Part shown: one piece after another, positions 28,162-36,723 of the stretch | Layout: every line of letters starts with the position of its first letter | How positions within the stretch are numbered: the stretch's first letter is position 1 | IMG/VR virus record: IMGVR_UViG_3300021403_000003 | Coordinates: 49,952-113,951 of that record | DNA length: 64,000 bases | Source: a virus | Taxonomy: Duplodnaviria > Heunggongvirae > Uroviricota > Caudoviricetes | Reading direction: 5' to 3' (one strand) | Made by a program: the position numbers and the translations under genes | The notes under the pieces: model-generated | What the model was told of the DNA's origin: nothing | Databases searched by the model: none | Seen by the model: only the letters and a program-made list of their open reading frames with translations

Positions 28162-28698
28162 TCACTTCAAAATATTGATTAACATCTCAACATGAGAATC
28201 TAAAATACCATTTTCCCAACTTGTTTGAACCAAGTTCTGATCAGGATGGAAATCGCTATCGTCATCCACGCAAGCAAATTGTTTTACTTCTAGATGATCA
28301 TTGAGCCAAGCTTTTACTTCATCTCCACGGATACCTGATCTTTTGCGAGGTGTGATATCTATGATGGGTGCTTCCCAACCAAGTTCTTTCAACATATCCT
28401 TGATTTCATCTAAAGGATGAAGAATACGCCAAGAAGATGAAATTACAATTTGACATCCTGTCGTTTCTACAACCTTTCGAATTCTGGTCAAACAAATGGG
28501 ATCAATTTCAGCTGTGCCTCTTGAAAGCAAAGAAGTCATGTTTATGATCTTCTCTTGATTTTCATGAATGAATTTGCTGGAATTCAGTACTCCATCTATA
28601 TCAAGAAATAGGACTTTCATTTGTGTATCTTTCTGAAAACTGATCTGAGTGCCATCGGTAATGTTGTTACTTGTTCGTTTTGATTCTTTGCTTGACAT
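28162..28698 (-). CDS. HAD-superfamily phosphatase (polynucleotide 3'-phosphatase-like)
   Basis: N-terminal VLFLDIDGVLN matches HAD motif I (DxDG[TV]); later SSSW and D-rich motifs. Confidence 0.55.
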   Translation of the reverse strand: MSSKESKRTSNNITDGTQISFQKDTQMKVLFLDIDGVLNSSKFIHENQEKIINMTSLLSRGTAEIDPICLTRIRKVVETTGCQIVISSSWRILHPLDEIKDMLKELGWEAPIIDITPRKRSGIRGDEVKAWLNDHLEVKQFACVDDDSDFHPDQNLVQTSWENGILDSHVEMLINILK

Positions 28699-28862
28699 AA
28701 TCTAGATTCTGGGCACCCACAATTAGGAAATTGACACCACTCGAAATTGTACTCTGTATTACCATAGTCATTGACTTCTGCCTTACAATAATAACACCAA
28801 GAACCGGCACATTCTAGATGGTCACAATCAGGTGTCAAATCTATATTTCTTCCAAGGTCCAA
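28617..28862 (-). CDS. Cys-rich small protein
   Basis: Multiple CxxC-like pairs. Confidence 0.3.
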   Translation of the reverse strand: MDLGRNIDLTPDCDHLECAGSWCYYCKAEVNDYGNTEYNFEWCQFPNCGCPESRLCQAKNQNEQVTTLPMALRSVFRKIHK

Positions 28863-29149
28863 TCATTTTTGATGAAAGGATGACTTTTGTCCTTTAAACT
28901 CCAAGCTTCTCGTTCATCAATGTTGCTATCGACGATCATTTGTTTCACAAGTAAATGATTGTAATATCCCCCATTGATCCAAGTCCAACTAGGTTTTTGT
29001 GGATAGATCTTACCCTTTTTGGATAAATTTGTTTTCACGTATATCCAAATCTTGATACTACCATCAGGATTCTTGATTTGAAGTTTGACTTCTCTCGACG
29101 GCCTGTAGTACATTCCAGTTGGTATGTGCTTGAAACGATAACACTTCAT
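28841..29149 (-). CDS. Hypothetical protein
   Basis: Operon member. Confidence 0.35.
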   Translation of the reverse strand: MKCYRFKHIPTGMYYRPSREVKLQIKNPDGSIKIWIYVKTNLSKKGKIYPQKPSWTWINGGYYNHLLVKQMIVDSNIDEREAWSLKDKSHPFIKNDWTLEEI

Positions 29150-29616
29150 ATATTGCCTGCAATGATGATTTCAGAACGAACTTCCATTAAAATTTTACCT
29201 AACCAGTTCAACCCATCATTTTTGCAAACTCCCCAAAACTTGTCACCCCACCAATTACCTTCAATCAATTCTGCATTACCAGTGGCAATCAATTTGGCCC
29301 GAAGTTCTGGATTCATGAATTTATGACGAATCAGGTCTCTCATTATCGGAACTTTGACAAAATCCCAATCAACCCTGAAACTCTTGATGGTCTTTCCGGC
29401 CTTCTTGGCTTGAGCTGCTGTCATGTTTTTGAATTGCCAACGTTCTGTTATATCAGAAGCTTTTGCAGCCTGATAAGCATTTTCAACTGATGGATATGTA
29501 TCACCATCGAATTTTACTTCAACTTGCCAAAAATTACTCAACCAACGGTATTCACCAGAAAAAGAAGTAATTTCAGTCACGTTTCCAAATCCTTCTTGTA
29601 TACTGAAAACAACCAA
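29146..29616 (-). CDS. NADAR-domain protein (YbiA/DUF1768-like N-glycosidase)
   Basis: YRWLSNFW ... ENAYQAAK ... W(G/D)...GxN.LG.ILM.VR matches the NADAR signature. Confidence 0.65.
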   Translation of the reverse strand: MVVFSIQEGFGNVTEITSFSGEYRWLSNFWQVEVKFDGDTYPSVENAYQAAKASDITERWQFKNMTAAQAKKAGKTIKSFRVDWDFVKVPIMRDLIRHKFMNPELRAKLIATGNAELIEGNWWGDKFWGVCKNDGLNWLGKILMEVRSEIIIAGNI

Positions 29617-29818
29617 CCATAACGATAATTGAACCTAAAACCATGAAGAAGAAAAACAAAATCATAGCGTAGAAAATTAAATTATCAATTGGATTAGGTT
29701 CGAAAATATCTCTTTTTTGAATAAGGTCAATCAATCCAATAATGGTACTGATAAACACACCAACACTGAGTACACCCCAAGTTGGAAAGAAATATTTGAG
29801 GAATGTTAGATTTTTCAT
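29573..29818 (-). CDS. Small membrane protein (2 TM), first gene of the leftward operon
   Basis: Hydrophobic segments. Confidence 0.4.
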   Translation of the reverse strand: MKNLTFLKYFFPTWGVLSVGVFISTIIGLIDLIQKRDIFEPNPIDNLIFYAMILFFFFMVLGSIIVMVGCFQYTRRIWKRD

Positions 29819-29882
29819 GCAACAAGTCTACCTTGAACTTTTGTAAGAATTATAATTCATTGAATATAATGAAAATTCTTTG

Positions 29883-29911
29883 CTTTACTCCAGAATCAAA
29901 ATCAGTATGAT
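29883..29911 (+). promoter_or_regulatory. Early promoter P7 (CTTTAC-N17-TATGAT)
   Basis: Same family; followed by AAGGAG SD and ATG at 29942. Confidence 0.5.
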
Positions 29912-29941
29912 TGATTTCATAGTAAATCAAGGAGACCGATA

Positions 29942-30091
29942 AATGAAACTGCAATATCACACCTACGAAGATGGTTGTGTTGCTGTTGTCCGTAGCAATC
30001 GTCGTGGTCCTTGTTCTCCAAGCCGTCGGATTGCTCGCGCTCGATGGCACAGGTCAGGCTTCATCGCCTATAAGGGAACTGGAAGGTAACC
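29942..30091 (+). CDS. Small basic Cys-containing protein (~49 aa), not in the ORF track; alternative to track ORF 29971..30204
   Basis: Strong SD AAGGAG at 8-nt spacing; reads MKLQYHTYEDGCVAVVRSNRRGPCSPSRRIARARWHRSGFIAYKGTGR. Confidence 0.3.
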
Positions 30092-30170
30092 TTTACTTCT
30101 GGTTCGGATCCAGCGATACTAAGCCTAACGATAAGAGGAGACTTAAAGGTGCAGATCAAACTCAATCAAG

Positions 30171-30244
30171 TTGCTTCGTGAAGATATCGAGGCTGCTTTG
30201 GTAGAAGTTGCTTCGTGAAGATATCGAGGCTGCTTTGGTAGAAG
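30171..30244 (+). repeat. Perfect 37-bp tandem duplication (x2) at a gene junction
   Basis: TTGCTTCGTGAAGATATCGAGGCTGCTTTGGTAGAAG twice; the unit length is not a multiple of 3. Confidence 0.9.
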
Positions 30245-30555
30245 TTGCTAAAAAGCATAAATTGTCCAAATTGAAATTGGGAAGAATCAATTTCAATCAA
30301 GATGCTTTTCAAGCTGAAATTGAAGGTGTGATTGAGGGTGGTGAATCCAGGGAAGTACAGCTCTACAAAGCTTATGCTGATTCTCTTGGATTACCTGTAT
30401 TTGGATCCATGGTGAAGGTTGGAAATAGAGAAATGGCAATTATTGGATTACGAGTCGGTGGTCCTCACAAGATCATTCTTCTTCGTGATTTGGTTACAGA
30501 CAAGCCTTATAGAATCAACGTCAAAAAATTCCTTGCTGGAATTCGGAGAAGCTAA
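30208..30555 (+). CDS. Hypothetical protein with no canonical start (TTG in track); start confused by the 37-bp duplication
   Basis: 115-aa ORF; the strong SD AAGAGGAG+GTG at 30149 is in another frame and stops after 10 codons. Confidence 0.35.
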   Translation: MLREDIEAALVEVAKKHKLSKLKLGRINFNQDAFQAEIEGVIEGGESREVQLYKAYADSLGLPVFGSMVKVGNREMAIIGLRVGGPHKIILLRDLVTDKPYRINVKKFLAGIRRS

Positions 30556-30758
30556 TGTATCGCATCAAAGCAACCAAGATCGTGGATAGTGTCACTGTGA
30601 CCAAATGGATTCATCCTCTTTTTGAATTGACTGATTTAGAGGTGTTGGCTAAACCATATCCAAATAAATTGGTAGCTGAAATTGGCATTAAACATGTCAA
30701 TAAACGATATCCTGAATTGGTCAAGGGTTACACATTAGAGGCATCAGAGTGGCCATAA
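30555..30758 (+). CDS. Hypothetical protein
   Basis: 67-aa ORF. Confidence 0.35.
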   Translation: MYRIKATKIVDSVTVTKWIHPLFELTDLEVLAKPYPNKLVAEIGIKHVNKRYPELVKGYTLEASEWP

Positions 30759-31027
30759 ACACGTATAAGGTTGGTCTTCTGGTTGGGCAACTCATGAAAG
30801 AATTGCTCACAGAAGACGAATTTCATAGAGGTTATCAGGAGGGTTTGAAAACAGAAAGTGAAGCGTTAAAAATGCTTCGTGATGCTTTGAAGATAAGTTT
30901 ATCAACAATGGCGAATAAGAAAGTTGAATCTATCAAAAAACTTCGAGAAGAAACTGGTTTGACCTTAAAAGAAGCCAAGGATCAAATTGAGGAATGGATG
31001 GATAAATTACCTACAGGATTGATTTAA
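30749..31027 (+). CDS. Hypothetical protein with a bL12 C-terminal-domain-like motif
   Basis: IKKLREETGLTLKEAKDQIE resembles the IKAVRxxTGLGLKEAKDLVE segment of bL12. Confidence 0.35.
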   Translation: MAINTYKVGLLVGQLMKELLTEDEFHRGYQEGLKTESEALKMLRDALKISLSTMANKKVESIKKLREETGLTLKEAKDQIEEWMDKLPTGLI

Positions 31028-31086
31028 TTCTTACAAAACTCAAAGTTATCATTGGAGGTATTCAGCAAAACGTTGAGGACTTCCCT

Positions 31087-31314
31087 ATGCAAATGAAGTA
31101 TGTTATGATTGAGGATTATTATCCTGTTCTTTTTCATGAAACACTTGTTCATCGTGACATGAGGTGTGCTGGTAAAATCACATCAGCTGGATTTTGTCAA
31201 CAGGATGCAGAAGGAAATTGGTTTTGTTATGGCAGAAGCGAAAGCCTCAACATGGATATCAGTCCAAAAGATGCCAATATCATTAACCGATTTTTTAATC
31301 CAGGAGTGAATTGA
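31087..31314 (+). CDS. Hypothetical Cys-containing protein
   Basis: 75-aa ORF. Confidence 0.35.
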   Translation: MQMKYVMIEDYYPVLFHETLVHRDMRCAGKITSAGFCQQDAEGNWFCYGRSESLNMDISPKDANIINRFFNPGVN

Positions 31315-31598
31315 TCATGACTACAAGAAAACATAAAGTGAAGATAGAGTCAAGGGCTCTAAGAGATGAACCAGAAGGAGAAATTCGAAATCCTCCCAGA
31401 AAGTTTTTGAAATTAAAATGGTATCTTTATACCATTTTCACTTTCTTGTTATGGGGTTTCATCGACCCTGCTCTGATTTCTGCAAAGGATGACCTTTCTG
31501 TCATTGGTGGGGTTGCTTTGGCTGTTGTTTGGGTAGAGATTTCATACTATTTTTGGGTAAAACCGTTGATCAATAAACTGAAGGAGAATGTATCTTGA
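31311..31598 (+). CDS. Membrane protein (2 TM)
   Basis: Hydrophobic helices; ATGA overlap. Confidence 0.4.
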   Translation: MIMTTRKHKVKIESRALRDEPEGEIRNPPRKFLKLKWYLYTIFTFLLWGFIDPALISAKDDLSVIGGVALAVVWVEISYYFWVKPLINKLKENVS

Positions 31599-32428
31599 AG
31601 TCAATCGTGCGAATTGTTACTATTGCTTTGATTTGTGCTGCAATGGTGGCTTGTATGAAGGTGCCTGTTGGCAGTGTTGGTATTATGGTGGATCTATATG
31701 GCAGTGACAAGGGAGTTCTCCCAAAAGAATTGGGACCAGGAAGGTACTATGTCGGTTACAACCAGGAACTGTTTACATTCCCAACGTATACACAAACATA
31801 TACTTGGACTAGGAGTTTGACTGAAGGTCGTGCACAGGATGAATCATTTACGTTCAATTCTGTGGAGGGTATTTCCGTCAATGCAGATGTTGGTATCACA
31901 CTGCACGTTGATCCAACAAAGACTGCTGAACTTTTCCAAAAGTATCGTCGTGGTATGGATGAGATTCTTGATACATTTGTTCATAACCTCGTTCGTGATG
32001 CATTGAATGAACGATCTTCAACCATGCCTATTGAGGACATCTATGGTAAGGGTAAGGCTCAGCTTATCGCTGATGCACAAAAAACTGTACAGGACCAATT
32101 GAATCCTGTTGGTATTGTGGTTGAAAAATTATACTTGGTATCAGCTCCACGTCTACCGGATGCAATCATCACTGCCATCAACAACAAGATGAAGGCAACT
32201 CAGATGGCTGAGCAGCGCAATAATGAAATTGCTCAGGCTGAGGCTGAGAAAACCATCAAGATCAAGGAAGCTGAGGGTGAGGCCCAGTCTATCAAAATCA
32301 AGGGTGATGCACTTCGTGATAATCCAGGCTTGGTTCAGTTGGAAGCTGTTCGAAAGTGGGATGGTCATTTGCCAAACGTGAGTGGTGGTGCTGTACCATT
32401 CATTCAGGTTACACCCACAGGAAAGTAA
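31595..32428 (+). CDS. SPFH/band-7 (prohibitin/HflC-like) membrane-anchored protein
   Basis: N-terminal TM/signal segment, SPFH core, and C-terminal AQAEAEKTIKIKEAEGEAQSIK coiled coil. Confidence 0.6.
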   Translation: MKSIVRIVTIALICAAMVACMKVPVGSVGIMVDLYGSDKGVLPKELGPGRYYVGYNQELFTFPTYTQTYTWTRSLTEGRAQDESFTFNSVEGISVNADVGITLHVDPTKTAELFQKYRRGMDEILDTFVHNLVRDALNERSSTMPIEDIYGKGKAQLIADAQKTVQDQLNPVGIVVEKLYLVSAPRLPDAIITAINNKMKATQMAEQRNNEIAQAEAEKTIKIKEAEGEAQSIKIKGDALRDNPGLVQLEAVRKWDGHLPNVSGGAVPFIQVTPTGK

Positions 32429-32549
32429 CAATCTTTGATTCTGTTGAGTATTTTGGGCTTTACCATCAAGGTAGAGCCCATTATACTTTTCTCATTGCCA
32501 TAATTTGAGATCAATATGAACGAAGTAGACTTCGAAACCCAAGCTGAAT

Positions 32550-32807
32550 ATGAACAGGCATGCGTGGAATATGAAGCTTGGTTGGATACTTTTAAGGATC
32601 AGGAGCAGAAAGATGATCAAATTTCAAGTTATGCAGTTACTTGCTGAAGCACAACGCAGATTCCCAGATCAACGAACAACCCAAATTATCTTCAACGCAG
32701 TGGATGCTGAGGGTGAGGCTCGTAGATCAGATGGATCACCTCGAGATTTGTTTTATGTCACTGATGAAGTTCTTGTAGAAGGACTTCGAAAATTGCTCAA
32801 AACTTGA
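32550..32807 (+). CDS. Hypothetical protein
   Basis: 85-aa ORF. Confidence 0.3.
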   Translation: MNRHAWNMKLGWILLRIRSRKMIKFQVMQLLAEAQRRFPDQRTTQIIFNAVDAEGEARRSDGSPRDLFYVTDEVLVEGLRKLLKT

Positions 32808-33106
32808 TCATGCGACCTGATGCTCAAGTTGTTGCCGATGAATTGATCAAAATTGGGATCAAAATGGAGGTCCCAGCACCAGGCCTTTTTCAATTTGATA
32901 TTGCAGGGGTGAAATACATATTCAATCACGAAGGAACACTCAAATACACTATTGAATATAAATTGAATACTGATACTTTTCAAGAATTTTATTATGATGG
33001 TCACGATCGTCTTAAGACGAATTGGAATGGTCACGATCGTCTTAAGACGAATTGGAATGGTCAACTACCAGCACCAGAAATAGATGTGAAGAAATTTGGT
33101 CCTTGA
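32804..33106 (+). CDS. Hypothetical protein containing a duplicated decapeptide
   Basis: Contains GHDRLKTNWN twice. Confidence 0.4.
   Translation: MIMRPDAQVVADELIKIGIKMEVPAPGLFQFDIAGVKYIFNHEGTLKYTIEYKLNTDTFQEFYYDGHDRLKTNWNGHDRLKTNWNGQLPAPEIDVKKFGP
32998..33057 (+). repeat. Perfect 30-bp tandem duplication (x2), in frame
   Basis: TGGTCACGATCGTCTTAAGACGAATTGGAA twice. Confidence 0.9.
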
Positions 33107-33167
33107 ATTCTTAAAGAACTTCAAGGTAGAATAAACTCGCAACGTAAGCATTGCGAATGAGACTGTC

Positions 33168-33410
33168 GTGAAATTCAACCAATATATCAACCTTGCTCGG
33201 AAAGTTTATCCTGACTTGCCAGAATCACTAGAGTCAATGAATGATGAACTAAACACATATCAGTTCATCCAGGAATACATGTGCACTTTCGTACACAATT
33301 GTCATAGAACAGACTCATATGAGATTGATAAATTTTCTTTGTCAAATGCTACAACAATGCAAATACGTCACATCCAACAATTTGGTAAATCTGTTTGGGA
33401 GGATTCATGA
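33168..33410 (+). CDS. Hypothetical protein
   Basis: 80-aa ORF. Confidence 0.3.
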   Translation: MKFNQYINLARKVYPDLPESLESMNDELNTYQFIQEYMCTFVHNCHRTDSYEIDKFSLSNATTMQIRHIQQFGKSVWEDS

Positions 33411-34414
33411 GGTTCGCACCTTACACTGTCGGCACAGAGTTGACAGCAATACCAAAAGATTATGATGAACAAAATTACTTGAATCATCGTTATGAAGGTC
33501 ATGTGACATCTGTAGTTATGCCAAAAGCTTTTGCAGAAGTCAAGTCCAAAATGAAGACTTTGGAGTTGCCTTCTCATTGTATTGATATTGATTCTCATTG
33601 TATTGAGGTATCCAGCCCAAAATTCAGTAAGTTTGAGGCATACAAAAAGTGGTGTATTGCTGTCCGTGGGGTTTATAAGTCTGCTAATTGTTACCCTCAA
33701 CACCCTGAAACAGTTTGTGGTGGAGCACATTTGCATGTGGGTAACATTTCTAATGAATTAAAGATTGCACTTGCGAAGGATATGATCATGCGACCATATC
33801 TACCTTGGGTATTTGGTCAACCAGATGAAGCTGGTGCAATGGATGTCTTGATAAGCAGAAGAGATTGGATTGTTGATTTAATAAACAAAAGAATACATAG
33901 AGAACTAGGTCAATATCCAAATCAATATATCCGTGGTGAAGTTTGGGCGCTAGACGCATTGATCAATGATCCTTATCCTTTGGATGCTAGGTTCAAATCA
34001 GAAATAAATTATCAAAATTGGGAATTGAAGAATACATTTGCACGTAATAAATTAAAAAAGCCACCTGACATTATTACAGCAATGGATTGGTCTAAAGATT
34101 TCATGTTCAGGATGAGTGGTTATGGGACAGTTGAATTTCGTTTCTTTGAAATGACACCCACATGGGAAGAACAAGAGATTCAAGTAGAATTTGCTATCAA
34201 CTATATAAATTGGGTGAAAAAACGTCAAGCAAAAGGTGATGTGACAAAAGCACATCTAATTACTTCAAGACAACTTCAAAAAATAGAACCTGATACAGCA
34301 GCAAAAGATTTTAGGAGTCTTTGTTCAGAAATTGGTATTGATTCAAAACCATACAACCGTTTTATTAGGCGAAATCTATTCCCACGTTGGAGAAACGGTA
34401 GGAAACGTCAATGA
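33395..34414 (+). CDS. Carboxylate-amine ligase of the GCS2 / glutamine-synthetase fold (amidoligase)
   Basis: GGAHLHVG matches the GxH(V/L)HVG block and TVEFRFFE matches the E(L/F)R block of the YbdK/GCS2 family. Confidence 0.45.
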   Translation: MGGFMRFAPYTVGTELTAIPKDYDEQNYLNHRYEGHVTSVVMPKAFAEVKSKMKTLELPSHCIDIDSHCIEVSSPKFSKFEAYKKWCIAVRGVYKSANCYPQHPETVCGGAHLHVGNISNELKIALAKDMIMRPYLPWVFGQPDEAGAMDVLISRRDWIVDLINKRIHRELGQYPNQYIRGEVWALDALINDPYPLDARFKSEINYQNWELKNTFARNKLKKPPDIITAMDWSKDFMFRMSGYGTVEFRFFEMTPTWEEQEIQVEFAINYINWVKKRQAKGDVTKAHLITSRQLQKIEPDTAAKDFRSLCSEIGIDSKPYNRFIRRNLFPRWRNGRKRQ

Positions 34415-34593
34415 TGGAGCAGGAGGAAATCCGTGTTTGTTGTCTTTGTTACCGGAGGATAGATTCTGGTAACCGTACACTACAACGTAAAAGCATTATA
34501 AAAGTGAATGGTGAAGAAATCATATATTTCTCTCATTGGCTATGTGGAGCAAAAGATAATCACCACAAAGGAGAACCAAACTTCTGGAATTAA
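34411..34593 (+). CDS. Cys-rich small protein
   Basis: CCLCYRR ... HWLCG; ATGA overlap. Confidence 0.3.
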   Translation: MMEQEEIRVCCLCYRRIDSGNRTLQRKSIIKVNGEEIIYFSHWLCGAKDNHHKGEPNFWN

Positions 34594-34649
34594 ACCTTTG
34601 CTAAATAAACCACTGTTTGCGATTTACAATAATCATAAGGATTTAGACA

Positions 34650-34919
34650 GTGGACAACAATCAAATCATCCTCCAGCACTTGATGAAGATCTCAGAAGAT
34701 CTTGGTTCCATCAAGAGCGATATATCAAATCTGTCTGAATCCGTTTCAACACACATTAAAAAAGACGAAGAGACTCAAAAAGAACTTCAAGACAAAGTTT
34801 CTATTCTTGAAGATCAACATAAACGAGTTAAATGGTTGGCTGCTGGAGCTGGTGCAGTCATTGCAGGATTATGGAAAGTAGCTGAAGCTTTCATCTCAAA
34901 TTTGTCCGGCCATCACTAA
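34650..34919 (+). CDS. Small protein with coiled coil and C-terminal TM segment
   Basis: WLAAGAGAVIAGLW segment. Confidence 0.35.
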   Translation: MDNNQIILQHLMKISEDLGSIKSDISNLSESVSTHIKKDEETQKELQDKVSILEDQHKRVKWLAAGAGAVIAGLWKVAEAFISNLSGHH

Positions 34920-34979
34920 ATCCACAGAGCCTAAATAACACGATGGCTCTCATAATAATTTGGCTCGGAGACTATAAGA

Positions 34980-36704
34980 ATGTCATTTCCAACCTCACCA
35001 GGCGTATATACAAGTGAAATTGACACAACAGGTGGCATTCCAGCTGTAAGTGTCTCAACAGGCGCAATTGTTGGTACATTTAACTGGGGTCCTGTGAATA
35101 TTATCACAGAAATCACTTCCGGTGTTGATCTTAACAACAAGTTTGGTGACCCTGATTCAAATGGTGCATCTTCATTCTTCACTGCTTGGAATTTCCTCCA
35201 ATATAGCAGTGATCTGAAGGTTGTTCGTTGCTTAGGTTCTGGTGCAAAGAATGCAACCGCAAATGGTGGTGGCACCATCATCATGAACGAAACCGATTAC
35301 TTCAACAACGTTTATCCAGGTACAGCTAACAACAGTTGGGCAGCACGCTACCCTGGTCACTTGGGTAGCAGTCTCGAAGTCATCACATTTTCAAATACTT
35401 CTTCTTGGAGCACAATTGCTGGAAATATTGCTGATCCATTGTACACATTTGCAAATCAGTTTGCATTCGCACCAAACACTTCACCATATGTTGCAAAAGT
35501 TACTAACAACTCTGTAACCGGTGATGAGGTTCATGTTCTTGTTGTTGATGCACTCGGTTTGATTACAGGTCAAGCAAATACTGTTTTGGAACGTTGGCCA
35601 TCTCTAAGTCGTTTGGTTGACTCTTTAAGTCCAACTGGTGTTAGCAATTATTACAAGGAATTCATCTATCAGAATTCCAAATTTGTGTTCAGCACAGGTA
35701 TTCCAGCAGCAAATGTTTCAGCTGGTTGGAATATCACAATTGCAGCAGCAAATGGCGTCAATATGGCCAATGGTGCTGAATCTCGTGCAAACGTTGCATT
35801 TTTGAGTGGTGGTTTGGATGGAACTGTGACAGCAGCAAATGTTGTTGCATCACAAGCTCTGTTCAGCGATCCAACAACTGCCGATATCAGCCTCTTTATG
35901 TGCGCCGATGGTGGCCAGACCGTTACCAATGGTGCAATTGCAATTGGTGAACAACGTAAAGATATTGTTGTATTTGGATCACCTCCACTTGCAAATACAC
36001 AAGACCCAAGCAGCCCAGCAACTGCAATTAACAACTATGTTAATGGTTTGAGTCGTTCAACCTACGCGTTCTTGGATACAGGTTGGAAATATCAATTTGA
36101 TCAATTCAACAATGTGTATCGTTGGGTTCCATTGAATGGTGACATTGCAGGTCTTGCTGCACGTACAGATAATACCAATGATCCATGGTGGTCATTTGCT
36201 GGCCTTCGTCGTGGTCAGATTTTGAACACGATCAAGTTGGCTTACAACCCAAGTCTCGCAGATCGTAATAGTCTCTATCAGAATGGTGTTAATCCTGTGG
36301 TCACATTCCCTGGTGAAGGTACCATGTTGTATGGTGACAAGACTTTCATTAATTACGCTTCTGTTTTCAGTCGCGTCAATGTCCGTAGGTTGTTTATTGT
36401 CCTCGAGAAGAGCATCAGTAAGGCTTCTCGCGCAGAGCTCTTTGAGTTCAACGATGCATTCACACAAGCTCAATTTGTGAACATCGTGACTCCATTCCTG
36501 CGTCAGGTTCAGGGTCGTCGTGGCATCCAGAAGTTCAAGGTTGTTTGCGATAGCACCAACAACACACCAGCTGTTGTCAATGCCAACCAATTCGTGGGTG
36601 ATATCTACATTATTCCACCCCAGTCAATCAACTACATTCAGTTGAACTTCATAGCTGTAGACAATGGTGTGAATTTCAACTACATCGTTGGTCAGGTTGC
36701 CTAA
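34980..36704 (+). CDS. Tail sheath protein (gp18-like)
   Basis: 574 aa immediately upstream of the tube/portal genes; T4-core synteny. Confidence 0.7.
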   Translation: MSFPTSPGVYTSEIDTTGGIPAVSVSTGAIVGTFNWGPVNIITEITSGVDLNNKFGDPDSNGASSFFTAWNFLQYSSDLKVVRCLGSGAKNATANGGGTIIMNETDYFNNVYPGTANNSWAARYPGHLGSSLEVITFSNTSSWSTIAGNIADPLYTFANQFAFAPNTSPYVAKVTNNSVTGDEVHVLVVDALGLITGQANTVLERWPSLSRLVDSLSPTGVSNYYKEFIYQNSKFVFSTGIPAANVSAGWNITIAAANGVNMANGAESRANVAFLSGGLDGTVTAANVVASQALFSDPTTADISLFMCADGGQTVTNGAIAIGEQRKDIVVFGSPPLANTQDPSSPATAINNYVNGLSRSTYAFLDTGWKYQFDQFNNVYRWVPLNGDIAGLAARTDNTNDPWWSFAGLRRGQILNTIKLAYNPSLADRNSLYQNGVNPVVTFPGEGTMLYGDKTFINYASVFSRVNVRRLFIVLEKSISKASRAELFEFNDAFTQAQFVNIVTPFLRQVQGRRGIQKFKVVCDSTNNTPAVVNANQFVGDIYIIPPQSINYIQLNFIAVDNGVNFNYIVGQVA

Positions 36705-36723
36705 GACCAGGAGATTATAACAC

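Noticed and set aside
29971-30204. Track ORF 29971..30204 (77 aa, hydrophobic)
   Set aside because: It has no SD. It overlaps a better-supported small ORF at 29942 (AAGGAG SD downstream of promoter P7) in another frame, and its 3' end is created by the 37-bp duplication. Likely spurious, though not excluded.
36283-36480. Small plus-strand ORFs nested in other frames of large structural genes (e.g. 36283..36480, 37710..37895, 38292..38486, 49695..49937)
   Set aside because: Embedded in well-supported long CDSs, with no SD and with biased composition reflecting the host frame. Treated as noise.
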